A stretch of DNA of 64,000 nucleotides, from positions 1 through 64,000 of IMG/VR virus record IMGVR_UViG_3300013370_000002; one strand, given 5' to 3'. Both the position numbers and the translations under genes were made by a program. The DNA is from an uncultured virus (IMG/VR IMGVR_UViG_3300013370_000002). Taxonomy: Duplodnaviria > Heunggongvirae > Uroviricota > Caudoviricetes. Below the pieces are notes generated by a model, which was not told where the DNA came from, did not search any database, and saw only the letters and a list, made by a program, of their open reading frames with translations. Of this stretch, positions 18,405 through 28,725 are shown in pieces. Position 1 is the first letter of the stretch. Each line of letters opens with the position of its first letter.

Positions 18405-19547
18405 ATGAAAGGTTCTTCAGATATGCCACCTTTTGGTGACATCCTCAACGCGGGTATTCAGGCAGTTAAGCAATTATGCAATCGAACCAACGGTATTACT
18501 CCTAAAGCTTTTGATAAGAAGGTAGAAGAAATTACAGGAATTACAGGCGAGCATTTAAAAATATCTTTTGTGAATCCTGAGTTTCCTGTACATGCAGACG
18601 ATGAAGATGAGGACATGGTTGATTCTTGTTATGCGTATTTAACCGAGATAATGCTATCTTGCCTAGTGGCAATAGGCGCGATAAAAAGTGAGGTTTTCAA
18701 TATTGAAGCGAATCTAGGGCAGTCTTCTATTCACCTTATCCCCTTCAATAGCAGGATTACGCCTGAAAATTTAATACAGATAGATCCCTTTGGTAAGATT
18801 TATTTTTGGCTGGCAGGCGATAATTTTGCAAATTACCGACACTCTGATGTTTCTTCTAATACATACCAGTCGAACCTAGGTAGATTCGATTCTAAGAGCT
18901 TCCGAGTCTTGCGCGAGGTTAATAAAGCTGCTTATGGGGAAAAAGGCGACCCTTTAATTAATCATTTAATTAGCGAAACGATGCGCCGTACTTCTGTATT
19001 TATGAACAACTATGCCAATGTAATTGCAGCGAACGACCATGTAAAAGTGACGCCAAAAATGATACTGGATGAGGTTTTTCATTTAACCCCATTACAGTTT
19101 GAGCATCTTTGTTTGAGTGTGGTTGAGGCCTCGTTAAAGCGAGAGGATCCAAATGCCATTTTCAGCGCAAAGCATACAGGACAGAGTAATGACGGTGGTA
19201 TAGACGGTATTATCACGCAAGACTGTGGCGCTGATGATATTCATACTTATTATATCCAAGCTAAGCAGTACAGCGAAGGTAATAATATATCAAACAGAGA
19301 ACTGCGCAATTTCGTTGGTGGTTTTACACCTGATACTAAGTATCATCATGGTATATTTATTACTACAAGTGATTTTACCAAGCCAGCACTGGATTATGCT
19401 CAAAACCTAAATAGCCATAGTTTAATTTTAATTGATCAGATGGCTTTATTGGATTTGATGCTAGAGCATGAAATAGGTTTAGAGAAAGTACAGACAGAAA
19501 CGTTAGTTATGAATAAGTCGTTCTTTAAAAAATTACGAAAGCATTAA
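18405..19547 (+). CDS. Mrr-family restriction endonuclease (C-terminal Mrr_cat domain)
   Basis: FEHLC...GQSNDGGIDGII...IQAKQY...LRNFVG...GIFITTSDFT...LID; AT-rich moron. Confidence 0.88.
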   Translation: MKGSSDMPPFGDILNAGIQAVKQLCNRTNGITPKAFDKKVEEITGITGEHLKISFVNPEFPVHADDEDEDMVDSCYAYLTEIMLSCLVAIGAIKSEVFNIEANLGQSSIHLIPFNSRITPENLIQIDPFGKIYFWLAGDNFANYRHSDVSSNTYQSNLGRFDSKSFRVLREVNKAAYGEKGDPLINHLISETMRRTSVFMNNYANVIAANDHVKVTPKMILDEVFHLTPLQFEHLCLSVVEASLKREDPNAIFSAKHTGQSNDGGIDGIITQDCGADDIHTYYIQAKQYSEGNNISNRELRNFVGGFTPDTKYHHGIFITTSDFTKPALDYAQNLNSHSLILIDQMALLDLMLEHEIGLEKVQTETLVMNKSFFKKLRKH

Positions 19548-19617
19548 TATGTAATAGCGCTTTCCTATATCTCTAACTAACGGTTGTTAGTTATGCGCTG
19601 GCAAGAATACAGCGCTA

Positions 19618-19657
19618 GGAACACCCCAGCCAGCACCATAGCAAAGCCCCTTAAACT
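19618..19657 (+). promoter_or_regulatory. Late promoter motif
   Basis: GGAACAC-N27-TAAACT. Confidence 0.75.
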
Positions 19658-19694
19658 AAGTATATTAACTATGCTTACTTAAGGGGCTTTTTTC

Positions 19695-20621
19695 ATGGCT
19701 AAGAAAACAAAACTGATTACTTATAACTTGAGTGATCGTGGTCGCTCAAAAGATATCGGTACAGACAGATCAGACGTAAGCGTTCAGTCGATGGTTGATA
19801 ACATCAACTCAAGCCGCACACAAGAGCTGGTCAATAGCGGTGATATGTACGGCTACTACGGCCATGAGTTGCGTGGACGTTTTGGCATGAACCCGCCTGA
19901 CGCTTGGGTCAATCCTAACACCAACGAAAGCATCCGCATTGAACCGGCTATCCGCACTATCAAGTTATCAGCTGATAATAGCGGCAATGTCTCAGCGCAG
20001 CATGAGTTTTTAGATACCGATAGCGGTAAATACTCAGAGCGCCTATATGCCAACAAGGTAGGCGGCTTTAGTAGTGCTGTCATGCGTAAACGCGGCGCTG
20101 GCGGGTTATACGATGTCACAGGTTTTTACGGCTATGATTTTGTGCGCCAACCAAACTACAACACCAATCGCGGTGACGGTCTGTTTGATGCGCTATTCAT
20201 CGAGTGTGAGGACGGTGAGTTTGCGTTTGATAGTGTCGCTGGCATGACCTCGCAGCAATCCGCTATCAAGTCAGCACTTGAGACTGCCATTGTCCACCAG
20301 TACGACAGCATTTTAACGGCTATTCAGTCGGACGCTATGATTAATCACTACCAAAACGAGGTGGTCGCCGCTCAAGAAGAGGCGATTAATCGTGAATTGC
20401 GTCAAAAGAACATCCAAGCCAAACGTGTCAGCCGCAAAGAAGTGCTATTTGATAGCCTTATCTGCCCGTCAGTGCCATTTAGTGAGATTGCCGCGCAATG
20501 GGATAGCTTTAACGATCAAGGTACTAGCGACAAGGATTTACGCACGACTGAGAGCGCGAAGAAAACGCACTTAGATAGCGAGCGTAAGACTGAGCGTGTT
20601 TTCTTATTTGGTAATCGATAG
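19695..20621 (+). CDS. Head-processing protein / prohead protease (P1 Pro-like)
   Basis: YNLSDRGR...MYGYYGH...EPAIRT...VGGFSSA...GYDFVRQPNY pattern. Confidence 0.65.
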   Translation: MAKKTKLITYNLSDRGRSKDIGTDRSDVSVQSMVDNINSSRTQELVNSGDMYGYYGHELRGRFGMNPPDAWVNPNTNESIRIEPAIRTIKLSADNSGNVSAQHEFLDTDSGKYSERLYANKVGGFSSAVMRKRGAGGLYDVTGFYGYDFVRQPNYNTNRGDGLFDALFIECEDGEFAFDSVAGMTSQQSAIKSALETAIVHQYDSILTAIQSDAMINHYQNEVVAAQEEAINRELRQKNIQAKRVSRKEVLFDSLICPSVPFSEIAAQWDSFNDQGTSDKDLRTTESAKKTHLDSERKTERVFLFGNR

Positions 20622-20629
20622 GGGTGGGT

Positions 20630-21526
20630 ATGAGCAATCAAAGACTGCTATCACCCCTTGAGTCTATGCAAATGGCGTGGGGCATGGTGCTACGCGACTT
20701 TAGGCAATGGTGTTCGCCTTCTGGTCAAAAATCCATACGTGACTGGAAAACGCGCCGCATTGAGGGCGCTATCATCGTTTCAAAGACGGGCATGATAGAT
20801 GACGCTGAGGCGATGCTAAAAGCGGTGCAGCAAAACGAAAACGCTAAGGCGATGGGCGATACCACCAATAGCGGCACCTCTGTATATCTACCCATGATGG
20901 TGACAGCCATTAGTGCTATTGAGTCACCACCTGAGCGCGACGTGGTGCAGCCTAACGCCAACTGGCTAAATGTCATCGTGCCAGCGGACCCATTGCAGCG
21001 TGTGGTGCAACTTCGTACCGCTGCTATTGCTTATCGCTGTCAAATTGCCTTTTTTGCCGCTGATCCTCACGCCGCCTCATCTATTGCCAAGCAGTTTGTA
21101 AACTTTTGGACACATGAGGGCAAGCGTAGTTTTGACGTGGCTTATGAGCTTGGTTTTGCTGGCACGTCTATTGTCAAAGACAAATGGAACTTTAAGGTCG
21201 TTGAAAACACGCTTTATCCTGACAAAATCGATGTCGGCATTAAAAACATTCATGGTGCTACGGTTGATTGTGTGGTCGTAGGACTTGAGCCTACGGTGGT
21301 TGGCTTAGGTCATCTTGACGACGATATAACGGACACGGGAGAGCCAGACGGAAGTATTCCACCAGGCTTGCCACCAGTGCAAGGCCATCGTGACCCACCA
21401 GAGTCGCTAAATGGCGTGGTTATTGAGGCTGATGTGATTGACAAAGCTGCTGGCAGGCATACGCGGGTTAATGCTGATCCTGACACTGGGGTTATTACTC
21501 AGACTGAAATTAAGGACGCGCCATGA
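20630..21526 (+). CDS. Putative virion (tail-completion-like) protein
   Basis: Long ORF in the late operon; no decisive motif. Confidence 0.5.
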   Translation: MSNQRLLSPLESMQMAWGMVLRDFRQWCSPSGQKSIRDWKTRRIEGAIIVSKTGMIDDAEAMLKAVQQNENAKAMGDTTNSGTSVYLPMMVTAISAIESPPERDVVQPNANWLNVIVPADPLQRVVQLRTAAIAYRCQIAFFAADPHAASSIAKQFVNFWTHEGKRSFDVAYELGFAGTSIVKDKWNFKVVENTLYPDKIDVGIKNIHGATVDCVVVGLEPTVVGLGHLDDDITDTGEPDGSIPPGLPPVQGHRDPPESLNGVVIEADVIDKAAGRHTRVNADPDTGVITQTEIKDAP

Positions 21527-22278
21527 TTGATTTAAGACAAGGTGATTGCTTGGAGCTGCTTAAAGATATACCTGATGGTAGTGTTGACTTGATACTGACA
21601 GACCCTCCTTACGGTACGATTGCGAGCGCATGGGATAAGACGGTAAGTGCTGAGTTGATGTGGGCTGAACTAAAGCGCATTATCAAGCCTAACGGATGTA
21701 TAGCGTTATTTGGCTCAGAGCCATTTAGCACATTGTTGAGAGTAAGCAATATTGAGCAGTACAAGTACGATTGGTATTGGCTTAAAAATAAGGTTACAGG
21801 GTTTACGCAAGCCAAAAAAAAGCCTATGAAAAACCTAGAGCTTATATCTATATTTACGGACGGCACAACAGTTCACGCTTCGCAATCTAAAAATCGCATG
21901 ACTTACAACCCACAAGGGTTAGTTTCTTGTGATAAAAAAATGACAAATGGCGATAGTAAGTTTGGAACAATAAACGGTAAGCGCCCTAGCCACAAAAAAG
22001 AATATACGCAGTCGTTTACCAATTACCCGAAAATGACACTCAACTTCGACGGCGAGCAAGGTTATCACCCCACACAAAAACCAGTACCATTACTTGAGTA
22101 TTTAATAAAAACTTACACTGACGAAGATGAAACGGTGCTTGATTTTACGATGGGCAGCGGCTCAACAGGCGTGGCTTGCGTCAACACTAACCGCAAGTTT
22201 ATAGGCGTAGAGCTTGACCCTGATTACTTCAAAATAGCACAAGATAGGATCAATAAGGCTTGCGAGGTGGCAGCATGA
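21523..22278 (+). CDS. DNA N6-adenine/N4-cytosine methyltransferase, beta class
   Basis: DPPY before HPTQKP and DFTMGSGSTG. Confidence 0.93.
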   Translation: MIDLRQGDCLELLKDIPDGSVDLILTDPPYGTIASAWDKTVSAELMWAELKRIIKPNGCIALFGSEPFSTLLRVSNIEQYKYDWYWLKNKVTGFTQAKKKPMKNLELISIFTDGTTVHASQSKNRMTYNPQGLVSCDKKMTNGDSKFGTINGKRPSHKKEYTQSFTNYPKMTLNFDGEQGYHPTQKPVPLLEYLIKTYTDEDETVLDFTMGSGSTGVACVNTNRKFIGVELDPDYFKIAQDRINKACEVAA

Positions 22279-22820
22279 CCAACACGCCAGCCAAGCCCAC
22301 CAACCCCAACCTAGTGACCATTGACGCACGAGCCGCAAGCTATGACGGTGATCCGGTGCGCATACTTGCAGTGACATCGGCTGACAGTGGCAAAATATTA
22401 GTCGCCAAGCAAGATCACTGGAAGGATCAGCCAAAAGCCAAAGAGAATACGATTGTCGTTACTGATACGCCTAATCTTTTTGGACATTGGGGCATGGCGT
22501 TTAATGAGAAGGAGCAAATGAGCACGGTCATGAGTGCGTACAAGGCGGCTAATGCAGCAGGTCTTTTAAGCATTGATGACTCGCTGGCACGTTATGATCC
22601 AAAAAATGTTATCCAGACGCGCAAGTTTGACGAGCGCGGGCGTGCCCTTGACTTTGACAGCATGGGGATGAATAACGGGCATATCGCGGTACTTCTTGCT
22701 ATTTGGGCAGCAAGACAGGCACATGGGGGTTATGTTATTACACGCCAGCCTAGTGACGATGGTGAACCGCTAGAGGATGATGATGACAGCGAGTTTGAAA
22801 TGATGCCGTTTAGCATCTAA
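22275..22820 (+). CDS. Hypothetical phage protein
   Basis: ATGA overlap; precedes the terminase. Confidence 0.65.
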   Translation: MTNTPAKPTNPNLVTIDARAASYDGDPVRILAVTSADSGKILVAKQDHWKDQPKAKENTIVVTDTPNLFGHWGMAFNEKEQMSTVMSAYKAANAAGLLSIDDSLARYDPKNVIQTRKFDERGRALDFDSMGMNNGHIAVLLAIWAARQAHGGYVITRQPSDDGEPLEDDDDSEFEMMPFSI

Positions 22821-22829
22821 GGCTTTTTA

Positions 22830-24797
22830 GTGATTGAGAATCTATATGAGCTACCAGAGTGGCGTGAGGTGTGTAAGCGGTATCGCTATGACATAACGCG
22901 CTTTGCCGTCGAAGCGTTAGGAATGACTTATGCCAATGGTCAGGGCGTAACCCCGCAGCAAGAAACGCTTTTTAAGTCGATTGTCGTGCCTGGCAGTCGA
23001 ACCACTGTGGCGTCTGGTCATGGCTGTTTTGGTATTGATACTGAGATCATGCTAGCGGATGGTTCGATTAAAGCAGTGCAGGACATCACCCTAGACGATA
23101 AGATCATGGGGGATGATGGGGAAAGCTCGCGTGAGGTGCTCGATGTTGTCCATGGTCAAGAAAACCTTTACCGCTTTACCTACTCAGACGGCACAAGCCA
23201 TGTGTTCAATGAGAGCCACACGCTATGTATGCGTAGAGCTGGCACGACCAAGACGTTAGCCGTTACGGACTACTTAAAAGACGGCGCAGGCATAGGGTTT
23301 TACTGCTACCGCTTGATTAACGGCGTGACCATTGATATGCCTATCAGGTCAGTTGAGCATCTAGGTTTTGGTGACTACTATGGCTTTATGCTCGATGGCA
23401 ACAGTCAGTTTCTAGGTGGTGACTTTACCGTTTTGCATAATACAGGCAAATCTAGGTCGGCTGGCATCGTCGCTTTATGGCATCTGCTGTTTTATCCTGA
23501 ATCAGTCATGCTATTCACAGCACCGCAAATTGGACAGCTACGCACAGTCGTATGGAAAGAGATTAATATCTGTTTGCAGCGACTCAAGAATAATCCCGCA
23601 GTTGGCTGGCTTGCTGATTTTGTGGTCGTACTTGCTGAAAAAATCTATATCAAAAACTTTAAAGATACGTGGTTTGTTTTTGCCAAGACCGCACCAAAAC
23701 ATTCACCAACTAACATTGCTGGTCAGCATGGCGATCACTACATGGTATGGGGCGATGAAGCGGCTGGTATTGATGACGAGGTGATGGAGGTTGTCATCGG
23801 TGCATTGACGCATGAGAATAACCGCGCCGTACTCACAAGCCAGCCCGCTACTAGCACAGGGTTTTTCTACGACACGCATCACAACTTAAGCCTAACCAAT
23901 GGCGGTATATGGGTAAACCTCATATTCAACGGTGAAGAGTCGCCACTGGTCAGTAAAACAAAATTGGTTGAGGCGTTATATCAATATGGCAGCCGCGATC
24001 ACCCAGGCTACTTAATCCGCATACGTGGTCTATTCCCCGAACTCAAAGGCAAATACTTACTCACTCGTACTGAGATCACTAACATGCTGGCACGTAAGCC
24101 AGTCGTGACTGAGGATGACGAGTACGGTTATATTGTGACAGTCGATGTGGGCGGTGACGTTGGACGAGATCATAGCGTTATCACGGTGATGAAAGTTGTT
24201 GATAAAGACTATAACGGGCGCATAGAGCGCCATGTCCATGTGGTTGATATACCGCTGTTTAGCAATCGCGCTAATATCAATGAGCTAAAAGCCAATATTT
24301 ATAGCGTCATGGCTGAGTATGCAGGGGCAACGCTAGTTATTGATCCAATGGGTGCTGGCATGGGATTGTGTCAGCTACTCAAGTCTGAAGGCTTGTACTT
24401 TGAAACGGTCAACTGGGGCGTGCCTTGTTTTAACAATAACTTGAAAGCGCTTTATTTTAATAAACGTGCTCATGCCTATGTCTCAATGGCAAAATCGGTT
24501 GAGCGCGGTATCTTTAGTGTGAGTGATAAAGTGCGTGCTCAATACCAGATGATTAAGGATATGGAAACGCAAATGAGCCGCTTACCGTACTTCTTTGATG
24601 AGCGTTCACGCTGGGGCATTGTCAGTAAAAAAGACATGGCAAAAGACGGCATCACCTCGCCCGATTTAGCCGATACCTTCGCTTTTGGCTTTATGGAGCG
24701 GATAAGCTACTCACCAGTTAATAAGGCGGAATTTGTCGGTAGTGTCAAAGATAAAGAGCAGTGGGAGGATTTAAATGAGCTTGCGGCTATGCTTTAA
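22830..24797 (+). CDS. Terminase large subunit (P1 PacB-like), intein-containing
   Basis: SGHG[intein]TGKS Walker A, WGDEAAG Walker B, TVDVGG and SPDLAD nuclease motifs. Confidence 0.92.
   Translation: MIENLYELPEWREVCKRYRYDITRFAVEALGMTYANGQGVTPQQETLFKSIVVPGSRTTVASGHGCFGIDTEIMLADGSIKAVQDITLDDKIMGDDGESSREVLDVVHGQENLYRFTYSDGTSHVFNESHTLCMRRAGTTKTLAVTDYLKDGAGIGFYCYRLINGVTIDMPIRSVEHLGFGDYYGFMLDGNSQFLGGDFTVLHNTGKSRSAGIVALWHLLFYPESVMLFTAPQIGQLRTVVWKEINICLQRLKNNPAVGWLADFVVVLAEKIYIKNFKDTWFVFAKTAPKHSPTNIAGQHGDHYMVWGDEAAGIDDEVMEVVIGALTHENNRAVLTSQPATSTGFFYDTHHNLSLTNGGIWVNLIFNGEESPLVSKTKLVEALYQYGSRDHPGYLIRIRGLFPELKGKYLLTRTEITNMLARKPVVTEDDEYGYIVTVDVGGDVGRDHSVITVMKVVDKDYNGRIERHVHVVDIPLFSNRANINELKANIYSVMAEYAGATLVIDPMGAGMGLCQLLKSEGLYFETVNWGVPCFNNNLKALYFNKRAHAYVSMAKSVERGIFSVSDKVRAQYQMIKDMETQMSRLPYFFDERSRWGIVSKKDMAKDGITSPDLADTFAFGFMERISYSPVNKAEFVGSVKDKEQWEDLNELAAML
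23025..23441 (+). mobile_element. Mini-intein (139 aa) in the terminase P-loop
   Basis: Starts CFGIDTEIMLADG, has block B FNESHTL, ends DFTVLHN followed by Thr; no LAGLIDADG motifs. Confidence 0.92.
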
Positions 24798-24896
24798 GTT
24801 ATATCACATCACTTTGTGTTTTCTCGCTTATTAAAAGACGTTTATACGCCTATAAAGCAACGTCTTACGATCTATATCAAGAGGTTTGCCCTGCAT

Positions 24897-24935
24897 GGAA
24901 CACTGCTAAGCCCACTTGCCAGCACACGCTACACT
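24897..24935 (+). promoter_or_regulatory. Late promoter motif
   Basis: GGAACAC-N26-TACACT. Confidence 0.72.
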
Positions 24936-24968
24936 AATACCATAATTACACGATTATGGATAAAAGAG

Positions 24969-27248
24969 ATGGCCCAACCTATTATTTTTACCATTACCGA
25001 GGCTGGCAAGCAAGCTGCCTTTACCGCCAATGCCGATTCAGCACAACTTAAAATCAATCTAACACAAGTGGCAGTCGGCACAAAAAAGCGCACAGTGACA
25101 GGTAGTGAGACCGCACTAACAAGCGAGGTTCGACGCGGTAGTATCGTGTCAGGTGATGTTGAGGTACAAAGCAATACCTTGCGCTTTACCAGCTCGATGA
25201 CAGCGGATGTTATAACCGATATTTATGAAATCGGTTTGATGACCGATGATAATGTACTGTTTGCGGTCGCTGGCTCGAACGCCGCGCCTTTATTTAGCCT
25301 GCATCCTGATATCACCTTTGTGATTGCGCTTGGCTTGTCGCTAGATGATATTGATGCCAGTAATATAACAGTCACCACCGACCCCAACGGGGCGTTATCT
25401 ATTACGCTCATGGAAAATCACTTAGCCGCGCCTGACCCACACCCGCAATATCTAAATGCAAGCCGTTTGCAGTTTATGATGCGATCTTTGTACCCTATCG
25501 GCTATCAGTACCATACTCATGAGCCGGTAAACCCCAAGCCTGTTTTTGATGAGATATTAGGCATTAATACTGCATGGCGACGCATCACCGGTAAAATAAT
25601 GGTAGCTACCGACCCATCCGACCCTTTTATTAGCGACCACAGCATTGTACTTGGTCAGCGCGGTACTACCGACTTAACCACTACCGCACGCCCACATGTC
25701 TACCCATTACAAACGACGCATCTTTTTGAGCGTTACGACCCTAATACTAATATCAATACCGTTTGGAATGTTAAATCTAACCGCGTCAGTATCAGCGAAG
25801 GCGGTGCAGTTCGCTTTACCGTGTCAGCTAATAACTTGCCGGATGGCGAATCACTTGACTGGACAATTAAAGAGGGTGTTTTAAACGCGCAAGATGATGA
25901 CATCATCGACGTCGAGCAAACTAAGCGTGGTACAGTTATATTAAAAAACGGGCAAGCTATCATCGACTTTGTTACAACGCCTGATGACAACGAAGTAGAA
26001 TCGCAAAAGCATGTGCGCTTAACTGTGAGTGCGCCAGCCAGCCTATCAATCAACGTACCTATCAGTGACTTAGGTAAAAACGAAACAGTGGTTCACATCA
26101 ACACCAGTAGCTATACCGGCCTTGCACTGGACGAATACTATAGAGCGCAGGCGGGCAGCTATCCGCGCGCGTCGGACAAGGTTCGGTTTATTGTTGATGC
26201 TGGCGTGAAAATCATTGCCGAATCTACTGACGTACCAGCATTGGTGGATGGCACTAATTGGCCTGAAGGTTCTCAGGTTGTTGTTGAAAACCGAGGGTTT
26301 ATCTTGGGGCGTGGTGGTGATGGCGGCCGTAGTGCGTATCAGTTCAAGTTTTGGGGTGATGATGGTGATTTACTTAGCCCATCAAAATCCATCATGCGCC
26401 TACCGGAAAATGGAGGCAATGGCGGCACGGCTATTAAATCCCTTACGCGCCCAATATTCGTTGAAAACCACTCGGTAATTGCCGGGGGAGGTGGTGGCGG
26501 TGGCGGTTTGGGCGCGTACAAAAATGGCGGTGACTATAATTTTGTCGTTGGCGGCGGCGGTACAGGCGGCGGTGCGCCGTTTGGTCGAAGATCGCCCAAC
26601 GAATCAACCTATAGTATGTATTTAGAAGATACAGTTATCACTGATAAAAAACTGCCATTACCGGATGATGGGCGTTTTTATAAAATCTTATTGCAACGGG
26701 TTAGCGGCTCGCTAGCTAACTGGTCAGGCTCGTCTGGTGATTATGCTTATGGAGCAGAATACACGGCATCGGACATTAATGAAACGCGCGGCATTCATGT
26801 TGAGATATCGACAGCAGCAGATCGTCAAGCCAGCGCAAACTTCAAAAATTACCGCGTTGCGCATCTAGCTGGCTATATTCCTTATAATCCGCTTGTACTT
26901 ACTATGTCGCAGTCGGCAACTGAAACCGCAAAAGGTATCGGTGGCGCTAACCTAGCTGCATCGACATACAGTAATACCGCTGCTACCAATGAGTATCCTG
27001 CAAGCGATAACCCTGCATTCACCAAAGGTGGCGATGGCGGTGGCTTTGGTGAGAATGGTCAAACCGGCTTGTTTGACAAAATCTATCGTTACAACCCAAA
27101 TGCCGAACAGGGCAGTCGATTGGTTGATAGCACCGTAGCCGAAACCAGTTGGTATATTGCACCAGCCAGCGGTGGGCTTGCCGGTTACGTCAAGGAAGGT
27201 AGTGTGACCATCAATAATTTATCGAGCGGTACCACTAAAGGTCGATAA
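24969..27248 (+). CDS. Tail fibre with a C-terminal glycine-rich gp38-like adhesin region
   Basis: FTITEAGK N-terminus, HLAAPDPHPQY, GRGGDGG, IAGGGGGGGG, GGGAPFG; start moved to ATG 24969, downstream of the promoter. Confidence 0.82.
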   Translation: MAQPIIFTITEAGKQAAFTANADSAQLKINLTQVAVGTKKRTVTGSETALTSEVRRGSIVSGDVEVQSNTLRFTSSMTADVITDIYEIGLMTDDNVLFAVAGSNAAPLFSLHPDITFVIALGLSLDDIDASNITVTTDPNGALSITLMENHLAAPDPHPQYLNASRLQFMMRSLYPIGYQYHTHEPVNPKPVFDEILGINTAWRRITGKIMVATDPSDPFISDHSIVLGQRGTTDLTTTARPHVYPLQTTHLFERYDPNTNINTVWNVKSNRVSISEGGAVRFTVSANNLPDGESLDWTIKEGVLNAQDDDIIDVEQTKRGTVILKNGQAIIDFVTTPDDNEVESQKHVRLTVSAPASLSINVPISDLGKNETVVHINTSSYTGLALDEYYRAQAGSYPRASDKVRFIVDAGVKIIAESTDVPALVDGTNWPEGSQVVVENRGFILGRGGDGGRSAYQFKFWGDDGDLLSPSKSIMRLPENGGNGGTAIKSLTRPIFVENHSVIAGGGGGGGGLGAYKNGGDYNFVVGGGGTGGGAPFGRRSPNESTYSMYLEDTVITDKKLPLPDDGRFYKILLQRVSGSLANWSGSSGDYAYGAEYTASDINETRGIHVEISTAADRQASANFKNYRVAHLAGYIPYNPLVLTMSQSATETAKGIGGANLAASTYSNTAATNEYPASDNPAFTKGGDGGGFGENGQTGLFDKIYRYNPNAEQGSRLVDSTVAETSWYIAPASGGLAGYVKEGSVTINNLSSGTTKGR

Positions 27249-27251
27249 TAT

Positions 27252-27542
27252 ATGAAAAATATCTACTTAAACGCTGTCAGAACCCACGTTGACTTACTGG
27301 TACGCCGTGCGCGTACCGATAAGTTGATTGTGTGGGATATAGGCACCGATGAAATCCATGATCCAACGCTCATAGCTTACCGTGCTTATGGCAATCGTGA
27401 TGATGCTGATGTTGTAATGCTATGCGCTGGCACGAATAGAATAGGTGAGGCGCTACCGAATAAACGCATCTACTTGCCATTACCCGCCAGCCTAGCGCAA
27501 ATCAAGCGTACTTATGCCAGTAGTGAGGTGATTAATGGCTGA
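27252..27542 (+). CDS. Small baseplate protein (LysM/gp53-like)
   Basis: DPTLIAYRAYG...VVMLCAG...IYLP pattern. Confidence 0.55.
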   Translation: MKNIYLNAVRTHVDLLVRRARTDKLIVWDIGTDEIHDPTLIAYRAYGNRDDADVVMLCAGTNRIGEALPNKRIYLPLPASLAQIKRTYASSEVING

Positions 27543-28725
27543 ACCTACCAACTATCTCAGTGAAGAGCGTGAGGACTCGACAAGCTGGCAGGATCGCAAA
27601 ACCAATGCCATGACGCTTGACGAGCTTAGGCAATGGCGATTGCGTACTGGTAAGAGCGTGGGCGATCAGCGTAAACATGCCAGCACTCATAACAAGTACC
27701 TCAAAGAAACGATGCAGGATATCGAGGCTGGCAAGCGGCTAAATAATCGCCAACTTGCCTCGCTTATCAAGTCCGCAAAAAGCCGTGCTGGTATCAGTGC
27801 CAGCGAGCTACTTGAGTTCACATTAGGCGATACCAAGCGTAATAACGAGCTTAAGAAAACCATGAACGCGGCGGTGCTTGATGCCTACCTTGCCAATGTC
27901 AAAGCGGCATCAAACAAGTTTTTAGGTGGCATCACCCCAACCGATGTTATCAATCAATCAAGGCGTGAAGATATCAACCGCGCCAATACTCAGATATTTC
28001 TAGCCAGCGTTTTTAAGCGCCAGGGTAACATCATTAAGTTTGTTACTAATGCTGGTATTGGTAGCCCAGACACGCATCATTATGTCTCAGTGCAATTACT
28101 AGATTATCCTGAGCTACTACTAGGCCGTACCCGTGCGCCTAGTGTGGTCGATGTCAAAAAAGCGGTCATTGATGGCAAGATTAACTTTGATTGCGATTGT
28201 GGCCGTCACCGCTACTGGTATCGCTACCTTGCCACTGTGGGCAAATATAACTTTGGCATAGACGAGAACCGCTATCCCAGTACACGAAATCCTAAAGGTT
28301 CTGGGGTAGCTTGCAAACACGTATTGCGAGTCATGAAGCATCTTATGAGTCCTCACATGATTGCTAAGGTGAAAGGATATGCAACAGACGATATCGCTAA
28401 GGCAAGCAATAAGATCAAGCCGCATCGTCAAACGTCTAAGCAGTTAGAGCGCGAAGCGGCAAGGCAGACCGAGGCGCTAAACAATTGGAATGGTCGTCTT
28501 CACTGGTCGAAAAAGATTAAGCAGGAAGCGCTTAAGGCTGAAAAACAGATCAAGGCGGAGCAAAAACGAGTGCAAGCCAAATCGCCTAATCAGCCGACAC
28601 AAGCGGAGCGTGCCAGCTATCACTATGCGAAAAAACGTATAGGCAAAAAAGGTGTGCCTGATAGCTGGAATAAGACGTATAAGGCTGAAATTGAAAGTTA
28701 CAACAAGAAATGGGGTGCAAGATGA
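27535..28725 (+). CDS. SWIM-type zinc-finger phage protein
   Basis: FDCDCGRHRYWYRY...RNP...ACKH. Confidence 0.7.
   Translation: MAEPTNYLSEEREDSTSWQDRKTNAMTLDELRQWRLRTGKSVGDQRKHASTHNKYLKETMQDIEAGKRLNNRQLASLIKSAKSRAGISASELLEFTLGDTKRNNELKKTMNAAVLDAYLANVKAASNKFLGGITPTDVINQSRREDINRANTQIFLASVFKRQGNIIKFVTNAGIGSPDTHHYVSVQLLDYPELLLGRTRAPSVVDVKKAVIDGKINFDCDCGRHRYWYRYLATVGKYNFGIDENRYPSTRNPKGSGVACKHVLRVMKHLMSPHMIAKVKGYATDDIAKASNKIKPHRQTSKQLEREAARQTEALNNWNGRLHWSKKIKQEALKAEKQIKAEQKRVQAKSPNQPTQAERASYHYAKKRIGKKGVPDSWNKTYKAEIESYNKKWGAR

Noticed and set aside
24816..24968. Upstream GTG start of the tail fibre
   Set aside because: It would span the late promoter; ATG 24969 gives a typical fibre N-terminus. 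The same logic applies to 38406 versus 38466
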